Positions 31,176 through 39,097 of a DNA stretch of 64,000 nucleotides are shown here, piece by piece; the first letter of the stretch is position 1; each line of letters opens with the position of its first letter. The notes under the pieces were generated by a model. The model saw nothing but the letters and a program-made list of their open reading frames with translations. It searched no databases and was not told the origin of the DNA. Position numbers and translations under genes: made by a program. The stretch is from an uncultured bacterium (GTDB lineage Bacteria; Acidobacteriota; HRBIN11; JAKEFK01), in NCBI GenBank assembly GCA_963777505.1, contig CAVZQN010000006.1, positions 160,001-224,000 on the forward strand, read 5' to 3'.

Positions 31176-31993
31176 AGTTGTTGCGCATTTTTACGGAAAA
31201 ATCTTTTGCCCATCATGCCCCCGGAAAGAGGCATGTTTTCAGAAAGAAGTTTTTTTAGTTCCGGGCCATCTAACTCCGTAATCATTTCTTCATTTTGCAC
31301 GAGGCTGATTTTTCCGGTTTCTTCTGAAACAACAATAATCATTGCATCTGTTTCTTCACTCAAACCGATCGCAGCGCGATGACGGCTTCCTAATTCACGT
31401 GCCAGATAAGGATTCATTGTAAGCGGCAAAAAACACGCGGCAGCGCCAATCCTTCCTCGCTGAATGATGACGGCTCCATCATGAAGTGGCGAATTAGGAT
31501 TGAACACACTCATTAACAGGTCATAGGATACTTTTGCATCCAGCGCAACGCCGCCTTCTATATAATTTTTCAACCCCATTTCGCGTTCAAGTACAACAAT
31601 CGATCCGATTCTTTTTGCTGACATAGAAGTTACAGCAAGAATAATTTCATCAAGTGGATGACGTCCCAGCTTGCTTGCAAAAAGATTCATTAATGGATTT
31701 TGTCCAAGTACAGAAATTGCTTTTCTAATTTCATGCTGAAATAAAATGATGACTATAAATACAAGGTAGGGGAAAATTTTTGTGAGAGTCCAATGAAGTG
31801 TGCGAAGACCTAACCACTGTGAAACAAAAAAGATTGAAACAAGAAGTAGAACTCCGAATCCAACCTGGACAGCGCCAGTGCCTTTAATAATTAGAAGAAC
31901 TTGATAAATCAGGAAGGCAACAATAACAATATCGAAAAGGTCATTCCAACCAAATTCCTTTCCAATAATCGATATTGCGAGCCAATGATTCAT
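31172..31993 (-). CDS. cdaA: Diadenylate cyclase CdaA/DacA
   Basis: 3 TM helices; SPLHDGA and GSRHRAA catalytic motifs. Confidence 0.95.
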   Translation of the reverse strand: MNHWLAISIIGKEFGWNDLFDIVIVAFLIYQVLLIIKGTGAVQVGFGVLLLVSIFFVSQWLGLRTLHWTLTKIFPYLVFIVIILFQHEIRKAISVLGQNPLMNLFASKLGRHPLDEIILAVTSMSAKRIGSIVVLEREMGLKNYIEGGVALDAKVSYDLLMSVFNPNSPLHDGAVIIQRGRIGAAACFLPLTMNPYLARELGSRHRAAIGLSEETDAMIIVVSEETGKISLVQNEEMITELDGPELKKLLSENMPLSGGMMGKRFFRKNAQQL

Positions 31994-32096
31994 TCTTGCC
32001 TTAGGTCCCAGTTCCCATCTAAAAAAGTCCTAATTCGGTTTTACCAAAAAAATAATGGATTCGGAAGAGAAATGGTAGGGCAGAATCAACTTTCTT

Positions 32097-32942
32097 TCAG
32101 TTCTGTAATAAAACATCCATCACATCACAAAATCTACGGAAGAACAGTACATCATGGACACGCAGTATATGAGCTCCCTGGGTAAGACATATTGCAGCTG
32201 CTGCCGCGGTTCCTTCCAGACGATGCTCGGGGGGAAGTCCTGTAATTTTATGAATAAATGACTTGCGTGAAGGTCCCGCAAGCACTGGCCTATTAAGCTG
32301 ATGAAGAAAGGAAAGTTCCCGCAAAATTTGTAAATTATGGTCGAGATTTTTGCCAAAACCTATTCCGGGATCCAGAATGAGCCTGTCTTTGGAAATCCCT
32401 GCTTTTTCGGATAAACGAACCGTTTCATGAAAAAAGTCCAGAATCTCCTTCTTCAGGTCCACATAATTGGGTTCCGAGGGCATAGGGTGGATCGATTTTA
32501 GAAAGTGCATACAGACAATGGGCACATCGTATTTTGATAGAACGGCAGGCATGTCAGGATCCATTCGAAACGATGAAACGTCATTGATAAGATCGGCGCC
32601 TTCTTCCAGGCAAATTCGAGCAACTTCGCTGCGATAGGTATCGATGGATATCCAGGCATTCTCGTGTTTGCGGACAGCACGAAGCACAGGAACGACTCGT
32701 TCCAATTCCTGATTCGCTCCTATCGGTTCGGAACCCGGACGCGTGGATTGGGCTCCAAGATCCAAAATATCAGCACCTTCATTCAGAAGTTTTTCTGAAT
32801 GTGCGATTGCGTCTCCAGGAGTAAGATGTGCGCCTCCATCATAAAAGGAATCGGGCGTAATATTGACCACACCCATAATGCAGGTGCGAGAACCTAAGGG
32901 GAGGATTTTATTTCCTGAACGCAGGCTGTATTTCGGCCGCAT
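32097..32942 (-). CDS. folP: Dihydropteroate synthase
   Basis: NITPDSFYDGG, STRPG, DPGIGFGK, SRKSF, RVHDV. Confidence 0.95.
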   Translation of the reverse strand: MRPKYSLRSGNKILPLGSRTCIMGVVNITPDSFYDGGAHLTPGDAIAHSEKLLNEGADILDLGAQSTRPGSEPIGANQELERVVPVLRAVRKHENAWISIDTYRSEVARICLEEGADLINDVSSFRMDPDMPAVLSKYDVPIVCMHFLKSIHPMPSEPNYVDLKKEILDFFHETVRLSEKAGISKDRLILDPGIGFGKNLDHNLQILRELSFLHQLNRPVLAGPSRKSFIHKITGLPPEHRLEGTAAAAAICLTQGAHILRVHDVLFFRRFCDVMDVLLQN

Positions 32943-32955
32943 CGCGAGTTTATCT

Positions 32956-33039
32956 CAACACAAAGTCACCAAGACACGAAATTCCACTAATAATAAAGAA
33001 ATTATTTGTGTAACTTAGTGCCTTGGTGTCTTTGTGTTG
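32956..33039. repeat. Inverted 8-mer repeat hairpin between ftsH and folP
   Basis: caacacaaagtcaccaagacacgaa (32956-32980) vs the reverse complement of 33015-33039; 22/25 match. Confidence 0.7.
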
Positions 33040-33044
33040 AATTA

Positions 33045-34931
33045 TTAGTTCTGAGGCACCACTACCGGCGCGCCTTTTACTTTTGCCGGTTCTTTCTTGC
33101 CCGAATCACCTGCATCGGCCAGTTCTTTTAATGGCAATCCTTCACAAATGAGCCTGATTTCTTCAGTATCCAGAGTTTCACGTTCAAGCAATGCCTCTGC
33201 TATTTTTTCAAGCAAATGCTTATTTTCAACAAGCAGAGTTCTTGCACGATCGTAATTGGTTATGATAATCCTTTTTATTTCTTGATCGATCTTAATTGCT
33301 GTTTCAGGACTGATCACATTTTGCTGCGAGAATTCACGGCCAAGGAAGATAGCTTCTTCTTTTTTGCCAAATGAAACAGGACCAAGTTCCAGGCTCATAC
33401 CCCATTCGCAAACCATTTTGCGCGCCAGGTCAGTTGCAGTTTCAAGATCATTTTCTGCACCTGTTGTAATCTGGCTCAATGTAAGTTCTTCTGAAATTCG
33501 GCCGCCAAGACAAATTGCGATCATATTTTCAAGAAAATCTTTGCTGTAGTTGTAACGATCATCGAGAGGCAGTTGCTGCGTTAGACCCATCGCCCGGCCA
33601 CGCGGAATAATCGTAACCTTGTGCACGGGGTCTGTATTAGGAAGTAAATGAGCAACTAGAGCATGACCTGCTTCGTGATACGCTGTGCTCCGTTTTTCTT
33701 CATCAGTAATGATCATCGAACGGCGCTCAGCTCCCATTAAGACTTTGTCTTTTGCATACTCAAAATCAGCATGAAGGACTGCTTTGCGATTTAAACGAGC
33801 AGCGATTAAGGCAGCTTCGTTCACAAGATTTGCAAGATCTGCTCCGGAAAATCCTGGAGTTCCACGAGCAATCTTTCGTGTATCGACGTCAGGGGCAAGA
33901 GGAACTTTGCGAGTATGAACGGAAAGTATTCCTTCACGTCCTTTTAGATCAGGACGTTGCACAACAACACGGCGATCAAAACGACCGGGTCTAAGAAGAG
34001 CAGGATCTAAAACATCGGGACGATTCGTTGCTGCCACAAGAATGACGCCTTCATTCGTTTCGAATCCATCCATCTCAACAAGCAATTGATTCAGCGTCTG
34101 TTCGCGTTCATCATGACCGCCACCCAGTCCTGCACCACGATGCCGGCCGACGGCATCAATCTCATCAATAAATATGATACAGGGCGCATTCTTTTTGCCC
34201 TGCTCAAACAGATCGCGCACACGGGATGCACCAACTCCAACAAACATTTCTACGAAATCAGAGCCGCTGATGCTGAAGAATGGAACATTCGCTTCTCCTG
34301 CAATCGCCCGCGCAAGCAAAGTTTTACCTGTGCCGGGAGGTCCCATCAGAAGCACACCTTTGGGAATCCTTCCACCAAGCTTGATGAATTTTTGAGGATC
34401 TTTAAGAAAATCGATAATTTCTTGAAGCTCTTCCCGCGCTTCATCAACACCGGCCACATCCCGGAATGTGACTCTCTTTTGTTGGGAAGTCAGAAGCTTT
34501 GCGCGTGATTTTCCGAATGAAAGCGCTTTATTGCCGCCAACCTGCATCTGGCGCATAAAGAAGATCCACATTACACCAACAACAATGATTACGATCAGAC
34601 CCTGAATCATCCAGGACATTACGGGACTGGATTCTGAGTTTTCAGAACCAATTACAATGCCCTTTTTGCGCAGATCATTGACAAGATTGTACGAGTTATA
34701 ACCCGGAGGTGTATACGTTCTATATGGGTAACCATCAATCTGGGTTACACGAATTTCGCTTTTACGGATGTCGACTTCTCGAACACGGCCATTGTCAACA
34801 TCATCTAGAAATGCGCTGAACTTAACATCCGGGCGCTGCATTTTTCCAGCAAAATGCCCGTAATATAAAGCCATTACGATAACAGCGGATAAAGTGCCCA
34901 CAATAATAAAGAAACGCAAAGCTGCTTTCAC
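33045..34931 (-). CDS. ftsH: ATP-dependent zinc metalloprotease FtsH
   Basis: 2 TMs, [18 protein letters not shown] motif, HEAGH. Confidence 0.97.
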   Translation of the reverse strand: MKAALRFFIIVGTLSAVIVMALYYGHFAGKMQRPDVKFSAFLDDVDNGRVREVDIRKSEIRVTQIDGYPYRTYTPPGYNSYNLVNDLRKKGIVIGSENSESSPVMSWMIQGLIVIIVVGVMWIFFMRQMQVGGNKALSFGKSRAKLLTSQQKRVTFRDVAGVDEAREELQEIIDFLKDPQKFIKLGGRIPKGVLLMGPPGTGKTLLARAIAGEANVPFFSISGSDFVEMFVGVGASRVRDLFEQGKKNAPCIIFIDEIDAVGRHRGAGLGGGHDEREQTLNQLLVEMDGFETNEGVILVAATNRPDVLDPALLRPGRFDRRVVVQRPDLKGREGILSVHTRKVPLAPDVDTRKIARGTPGFSGADLANLVNEAALIAARLNRKAVLHADFEYAKDKVLMGAERRSMIITDEEKRSTAYHEAGHALVAHLLPNTDPVHKVTIIPRGRAMGLTQQLPLDDRYNYSKDFLENMIAICLGGRISEELTLSQITTGAENDLETATDLARKMVCEWGMSLELGPVSFGKKEEAIFLGREFSQQNVISPETAIKIDQEIKRIIITNYDRARTLLVENKHLLEKIAEALLERETLDTEEIRLICEGLPLKELADAGDSGKKEPAKVKGAPVVVPQN

Positions 34932-35002
34932 TCAAATACTCCCGTTTGAACTAATCTTAATGTAAACTTGGTCTTGATAAAAAACAATGTCTTTTCAATC
35001 CT

Positions 35003-35545
35003 TTACCGGCATTCTGATGGATCTAGTTCAGCAATGTATCGCAAATTTCTACCCAGTTCTCTGTAGTCTAAACCATATCCAATCACAAAGTGATCTTCGA
35101 TTTCAAAGCCAACATAATCCGCTTTAATATTCAATTTTCTACGAGATGGCTTATCCAGTAAAACACACGTCTTTAAAGACTCCGGCTGCTCCTCCCTGAG
35201 CTGCTTGACCAGATAATCAAGCGTAATTCCAGTATCCAGAATATCCTCGACGACAAGGATCTGTTTCCCATGGAGGTCTTCTGATACAGACGAGAAATGT
35301 AGGCTAACAGTTCCAGAGCTTTCCGTTTCTCCTCTATAACTGCTTACCTGCACGAAATGGATGCGAAGTGGAACGTTCAAGCGACGGATCAGATCCGACA
35401 CAAAGATAATTCCGCCCTTCAATAAACAAATCATATCCAACGTGTAACCATCATAATCGTTATTGATGGTTACAGAGATTTCATTGATCCGTTCCTGAAT
35501 TTTTTCTTCCGGGATCAAGATTCTATGTTTATACATCTCTCTCAA
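35003..35545 (-). CDS. hpt: Hypoxanthine phosphoribosyltransferase
   Basis: VVEDILDTGITL, FVIGYGLDY; tilS-hpt-ftsH order. Confidence 0.94.
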   Translation of the reverse strand: MREMYKHRILIPEEKIQERINEISVTINNDYDGYTLDMICLLKGGIIFVSDLIRRLNVPLRIHFVQVSSYRGETESSGTVSLHFSSVSEDLHGKQILVVEDILDTGITLDYLVKQLREEQPESLKTCVLLDKPSRRKLNIKADYVGFEIEDHFVIGYGLDYRELGRNLRYIAELDPSECR

Positions 35546-36857
35546 TTTTTAAGACTCGCCGAGTTTTTGGAGTCACTTTAAAATCCTCATCAATTTCAAA
35601 TCCTGAGATGCAGACAAGATGATCGTCTTTGAAAATGAGTGGAATTTTCTTGCGCTTTGTTCGAGCCACTTTCCGGTCGATCCAGAAATCACTTAATTTT
35701 TTGGTCCCTTTCATCCCTAATGGATGAAAAGAATCACCCTTCTTCCAATTACGAATAGTTAAAGGAAATGCAGCTTTTTCTGCGTCAAGAAAAGCAATGT
35801 GTCGTGAGAAAGACAGTCCTTTGTTTTCGATTACACTAAATTTCAAAGACGTTTTTGCTGGAAAATATGGATAGATCCCAGTCCCCGTGACATCAATTTC
35901 CAGAAAACCTGCCTGACCAGTCTTCTGTGAAAAATGAATTCTCTCCGGCGTGCATTGTACCATGAGAAAGCCCGTAAGTTCCACGTTTGACGAGGTTTCG
36001 ATCGCTTTTAGAATGCTTCGAAAAGTACGTGAGCTTGTTCTGAAAGATGGATCGGCTTTAATCAGTGCCTTACGGATTAACTCCTTCTGAACTGGCAGTG
36101 AGGACTCTAGAAAAATCCTTTTATCGAGGCTGACACCTTGTTTATCTTCGAAAATTTGTTTTGTAAGCGGCTGAGTCAGCTCATCAATGAGAGAGTTTTG
36201 CTCTTCCAACCATGCCGCTGAACGCAGGATGGCTGCGCGAACAGCAGGATTAAATTGAGATTCAAGATATGGAAGCAGCTCATGGCGAACACGATTCCTT
36301 TGAAATTGAAGGCTTTTATTGGAAGGATCGGAATACGTTTCTACAAATTGATCAGCAAGAAATTGTTGAATTTCAATCCTGGAAAGACAGAGTAAGGGTC
36401 GAATGTATTTTCCACGGCTCGATGTGATACCGGGAAGCCCGCGAGGCCCTGTTCCGCGCAGAAGTCTGAGTAGAAACGTTTCAACCACATCATCTTGATG
36501 ATGCGCGAGTGCGATTCGTGAAAACCCAACCTGTTTCGCGACTTTTTCAAAGTGACGATACCTTCTTTTTCTTGCTTCTTCTTCAAGACTTGCGGGTCTT
36601 TTTTTCCAATGCATTTGTTCCACATGAAGTTCGATTGCATGTTGAGCGCAAAATTGCCGTACAAATTTTTCTTCATCCGCAGAATCTTGACGAAGATTGT
36701 GGTTTACATAAATCGCAGCCGTATCGGGATAGAGCTTTCGTAAGATTAGAAGCAACGTGGTAGAGTCCGGACCGCCGGAATATGCAACGGCAATACGATC
36801 CTGAGGCTTGATCAGTGCGTGTTGTTGAATGAAGTTTTGGACGCGTCGAATTAGCAT
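35529..36857 (-). CDS. tilS: tRNA(Ile)-lysidine synthetase
   Basis: SGGPDS PP-loop, AHHQDDVVET, RNRVRH, C-terminal TilS_C domain. Confidence 0.95.
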   Translation of the reverse strand: MLIRRVQNFIQQHALIKPQDRIAVAYSGGPDSTTLLLILRKLYPDTAAIYVNHNLRQDSADEEKFVRQFCAQHAIELHVEQMHWKKRPASLEEEARKRRYRHFEKVAKQVGFSRIALAHHQDDVVETFLLRLLRGTGPRGLPGITSSRGKYIRPLLCLSRIEIQQFLADQFVETYSDPSNKSLQFQRNRVRHELLPYLESQFNPAVRAAILRSAAWLEEQNSLIDELTQPLTKQIFEDKQGVSLDKRIFLESSLPVQKELIRKALIKADPSFRTSSRTFRSILKAIETSSNVELTGFLMVQCTPERIHFSQKTGQAGFLEIDVTGTGIYPYFPAKTSLKFSVIENKGLSFSRHIAFLDAEKAAFPLTIRNWKKGDSFHPLGMKGTKKLSDFWIDRKVARTKRKKIPLIFKDDHLVCISGFEIDEDFKVTPKTRRVLKIERDV

Positions 36858-36878
36858 GGTGTGTACTTTAGCGAGGAG

Positions 36879-36952
36879 TGGCGGTGCAGGGATTCGAACC
36901 CCGGACGCCGCGGATATGAGCCGCGTGCTCTAACCAACTGAGCTACACCGCC
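36879..36952 (-). tRNA. tRNA-Met (CAU), probably elongator; CCA not encoded
   Basis: GGCGGTGTAGCTCAGTTGGTTAGAGCACGCGGCT-CAT-ATCCGCGGCGTCCGGGGTTCGAATCCCTGCACCGCCA folds as a cloverleaf; G1-C72 is paired. Confidence 0.93.
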
Positions 36953-36968
36953 TTTTTGGGAAGCCTCA

Positions 36969-36997
36969 ATTCTAGATGTCCGGTATAACCTTGTCAA
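36969..36997 (-). promoter_or_regulatory. Sigma-70 promoter for tRNA-Met/tilS
   Basis: Minus strand TTGACA-N17-TAGAAT. Confidence 0.75.
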
Positions 36998-37020
36998 CGA
37001 AATGAAACCTCGGTTTGCAC

Positions 37021-37092
37021 GTAGGGGCGGGTCTAAGACCCGCCCGTGAAAGTGGTGCAAAGAATCCGGGCGGGTCTTAGACCCGCCCCTAC
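37021..37092. repeat. GTAG-type REP doublet (inverted pair)
   Basis: gtaggggcgggtctaagacccgcccg (37021-37046) and its perfect reverse complement at 37067-37092; each copy is itself a hairpin. Confidence 0.85.
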
Positions 37093-37111
37093 CATCAGTT
37101 ATAATAAAACC

Positions 37112-37288
37112 ATGCCGAGCGTCACGAATTGTTGTGTTTGTTCAGCTTCCGAAGATACCAAAATGCTAAAGAAATGTCCGATCTGTTTCCGTTTTGTCTG
37201 TGAAGAGTGTTGCTATCGCTTTTGTGGACGTTGGTTTTGCAACAGGAATTGCGCGGATTATTTTTTCTTCGGCGGCGATGAGGAATAA
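37112..37288 (+). CDS. Small Cys-rich putative zinc-finger protein (58 aa)
   Basis: 11 Cys in CxxC/CxxxC pairs, acidic tail FFFGGDEE; TATAAT 7 nt before the ATG; abuts hemB. Confidence 0.7.
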   Translation: MPSVTNCCVCSASEDTKMLKKCPICFRFVCEECCYRFCGRWFCNRNCADYFFFGGDEE

Positions 37289-37294
37289 CTACAA

Positions 37295-38263
37295 ATGTTT
37301 CCACTTCAGCGCCCAAGGCGCCTTCGCAAAAATTCACTCATTCGGGATCTTGTCCGTGAAACGTCAGTCAATCTTTCACACTTAATTTATCCGATGTTTG
37401 TGAGTGCAGAAGTGGATCGACCTGTTGCGGTTCCTTCGATGCCAGGAATTCATCAACATACAGTCGATTCAGCAGTCCAGGAAGCGTCTGACCTTTTTGC
37501 AAAAGGAGTTCACAGCTTTTTGTTTTTTGGAATACCGGACAAGAAAGATGCGTATGCATCCGGTGCATATCGGGAAAATGGAATTGTTCAAAAGACAGTC
37601 CGTGCTATTCGTAAAGAGATTCCGGATGCTGTGATCTTTACAGATGTTTGTTTGTGTTCTTATACAGATACGGGACATTGCGGGATTGTGCGCGATGGAA
37701 AGATTATCAACGATGAATCGGTGGAATTATTGAGCCGCACTGCATTATCACATGCAGATGCCGGCGCAGATTTTGTCGCACCTTCAGATATGATGGATGG
37801 CCGCGTGTTAGCGATTAGAAAAAGACTTGATGAGAATAATCTTGAAGATATAGGAATTTTGTCGTATTCAGCAAAATTCGCATCCGCATTTTATGGCCCC
37901 TTTCGTGATGCAGCCCATTCAGCGCCACAATTTGGTGATCGACGAACTCACCAGATGGATCCTGCGAATAGATTGGAAGCATTAAAGGAAATGGAACTTG
38001 ATTTAAACGAAGGCGCAGACATGTTAATGATAAAACCGGCGCTTCCGTATCTTGATATTTTGCGCGAAGCAAGGAATCGTTTTCTTGTTCCGCTCGTAGC
38101 GTATAATGTCAGCGGTGAATATTCGATGGTAAAAGCTGCAGGACAAAGAAGTTGGATTCAGGAGCAGCAAGTGAGAGATGAAATGTTGCTCTCGATTCGG
38201 CGTGCAGGTGCAGATATCATCATTACATATTTCGCCAAAGATCTTGCCAATAAAACTTCATAA
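37295..38263 (+). CDS. hemB: Porphobilinogen synthase
   Basis: RPRRLR, DVCLCSYTDTGHCG, APSDMMDGR, FYGPFRDA, AYNVSGEY. Confidence 0.96.
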   Translation: MFPLQRPRRLRKNSLIRDLVRETSVNLSHLIYPMFVSAEVDRPVAVPSMPGIHQHTVDSAVQEASDLFAKGVHSFLFFGIPDKKDAYASGAYRENGIVQKTVRAIRKEIPDAVIFTDVCLCSYTDTGHCGIVRDGKIINDESVELLSRTALSHADAGADFVAPSDMMDGRVLAIRKRLDENNLEDIGILSYSAKFASAFYGPFRDAAHSAPQFGDRRTHQMDPANRLEALKEMELDLNEGADMLMIKPALPYLDILREARNRFLVPLVAYNVSGEYSMVKAAGQRSWIQEQQVRDEMLLSIRRAGADIIITYFAKDLANKTS

Positions 38264-38279
38264 AGGTTTCAGTTAACGC

Positions 38280-39059
38280 GTGTATAGCTTTCATTATCCG
38301 GCCGAATATTACGACGAAGATTACACTAAGGGAATTCCCGAAAGAGGGGATATTGCCTTCTATAAAAAATTTGCGGAACAGCAAGGTTCACCTGTTTTGG
38401 AATTGGGCTGTGGTACTGGCCGCACATTGATTCCGATCGCCCAATCAGGAATCGAATGTTTTGGGTTAGATATGAATCGGGACATGCTTGGCATTTGTGA
38501 AACGAAGGTGCGAGCTCTAGGGCTAACAAATGTCCGTCTTCAGTCAGCAAGTATGGATGAATTTGAGTACGATCAAAAATTTTCCATGATTTATATCCCA
38601 TTCCGATCTTTCCAACATTTGTTGGATCCGGATGCTCAGATGAGATGCCTTCGACTCGTTCGAAATCATCTAAAACCGGACGGCTTATTTGTCCTGGATG
38701 TATTTGCTCCGAACATGGAACGTCTTGGCAAATATTCAAGCACTCAACCCGGTCAATGGGAAAAGGAATTTACACGCAAGAATGAGGAAACTGAAAGTAC
38801 AATTACGCGTTACTATCAAGCGCGTGCGAATTATGCAGATCAGATCATTGAACTTGAAATGAAATGGGAAGAACGAAATGCTGATGGTATCATTTTGGCT
38901 CGTAAAGAAGGCTCTTTCAAATTAAGATACATTTTTCGTTTTGAACTTGAACATTTGCTCGTCCGTTGCGGATTCACTCCGGCAATTTATGGAACCTTTG
39001 ATGAAAAACCATACGACTATGCTTCAGGTGAAACCATAGCTGTTTGCAAGCTTGCATAA
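38280..39059 (+). CDS. Class I SAM-dependent methyltransferase
   Basis: VLELGCGTGR motif I; HLKPDG. Confidence 0.88.
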   Translation: MYSFHYPAEYYDEDYTKGIPERGDIAFYKKFAEQQGSPVLELGCGTGRTLIPIAQSGIECFGLDMNRDMLGICETKVRALGLTNVRLQSASMDEFEYDQKFSMIYIPFRSFQHLLDPDAQMRCLRLVRNHLKPDGLFVLDVFAPNMERLGKYSSTQPGQWEKEFTRKNEETESTITRYYQARANYADQIIELEMKWEERNADGIILARKEGSFKLRYIFRFELEHLLVRCGFTPAIYGTFDEKPYDYASGETIAVCKLA

Positions 39060-39097
39060 CCTCCGGCTTTGCCGGCGCACAATTCGGGAGGGTTGCG

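Noticed and set aside
31994-32096. c-di-AMP (ydaO) riboswitch upstream of cdaA
   Set aside because: The spacer is short and AT-rich, with no recognisable ydaO consensus or stems.
36879-36952. tRNA-Ile2 or initiator tRNA-fMet assignment
   Set aside because: G1-C72 is paired and the anticodon stem lacks the GGG/CCC run, so it is not an initiator. The acceptor stem and loop resemble elongator Met more than Ile2, despite the adjacency to tilS. Not confirmed by a model.
37021-37092. CRISPR repeat-spacer-repeat
   Set aside because: The two copies are inverted rather than direct, there are only two, and no cas genes are present.
37046-37111. Longer N-terminal versions of the Cys-rich ORF (from 37046) and the aminotransferase (from 54830)
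   Set aside because: These extensions are translations of REP sequence; downstream ATGs fit better.
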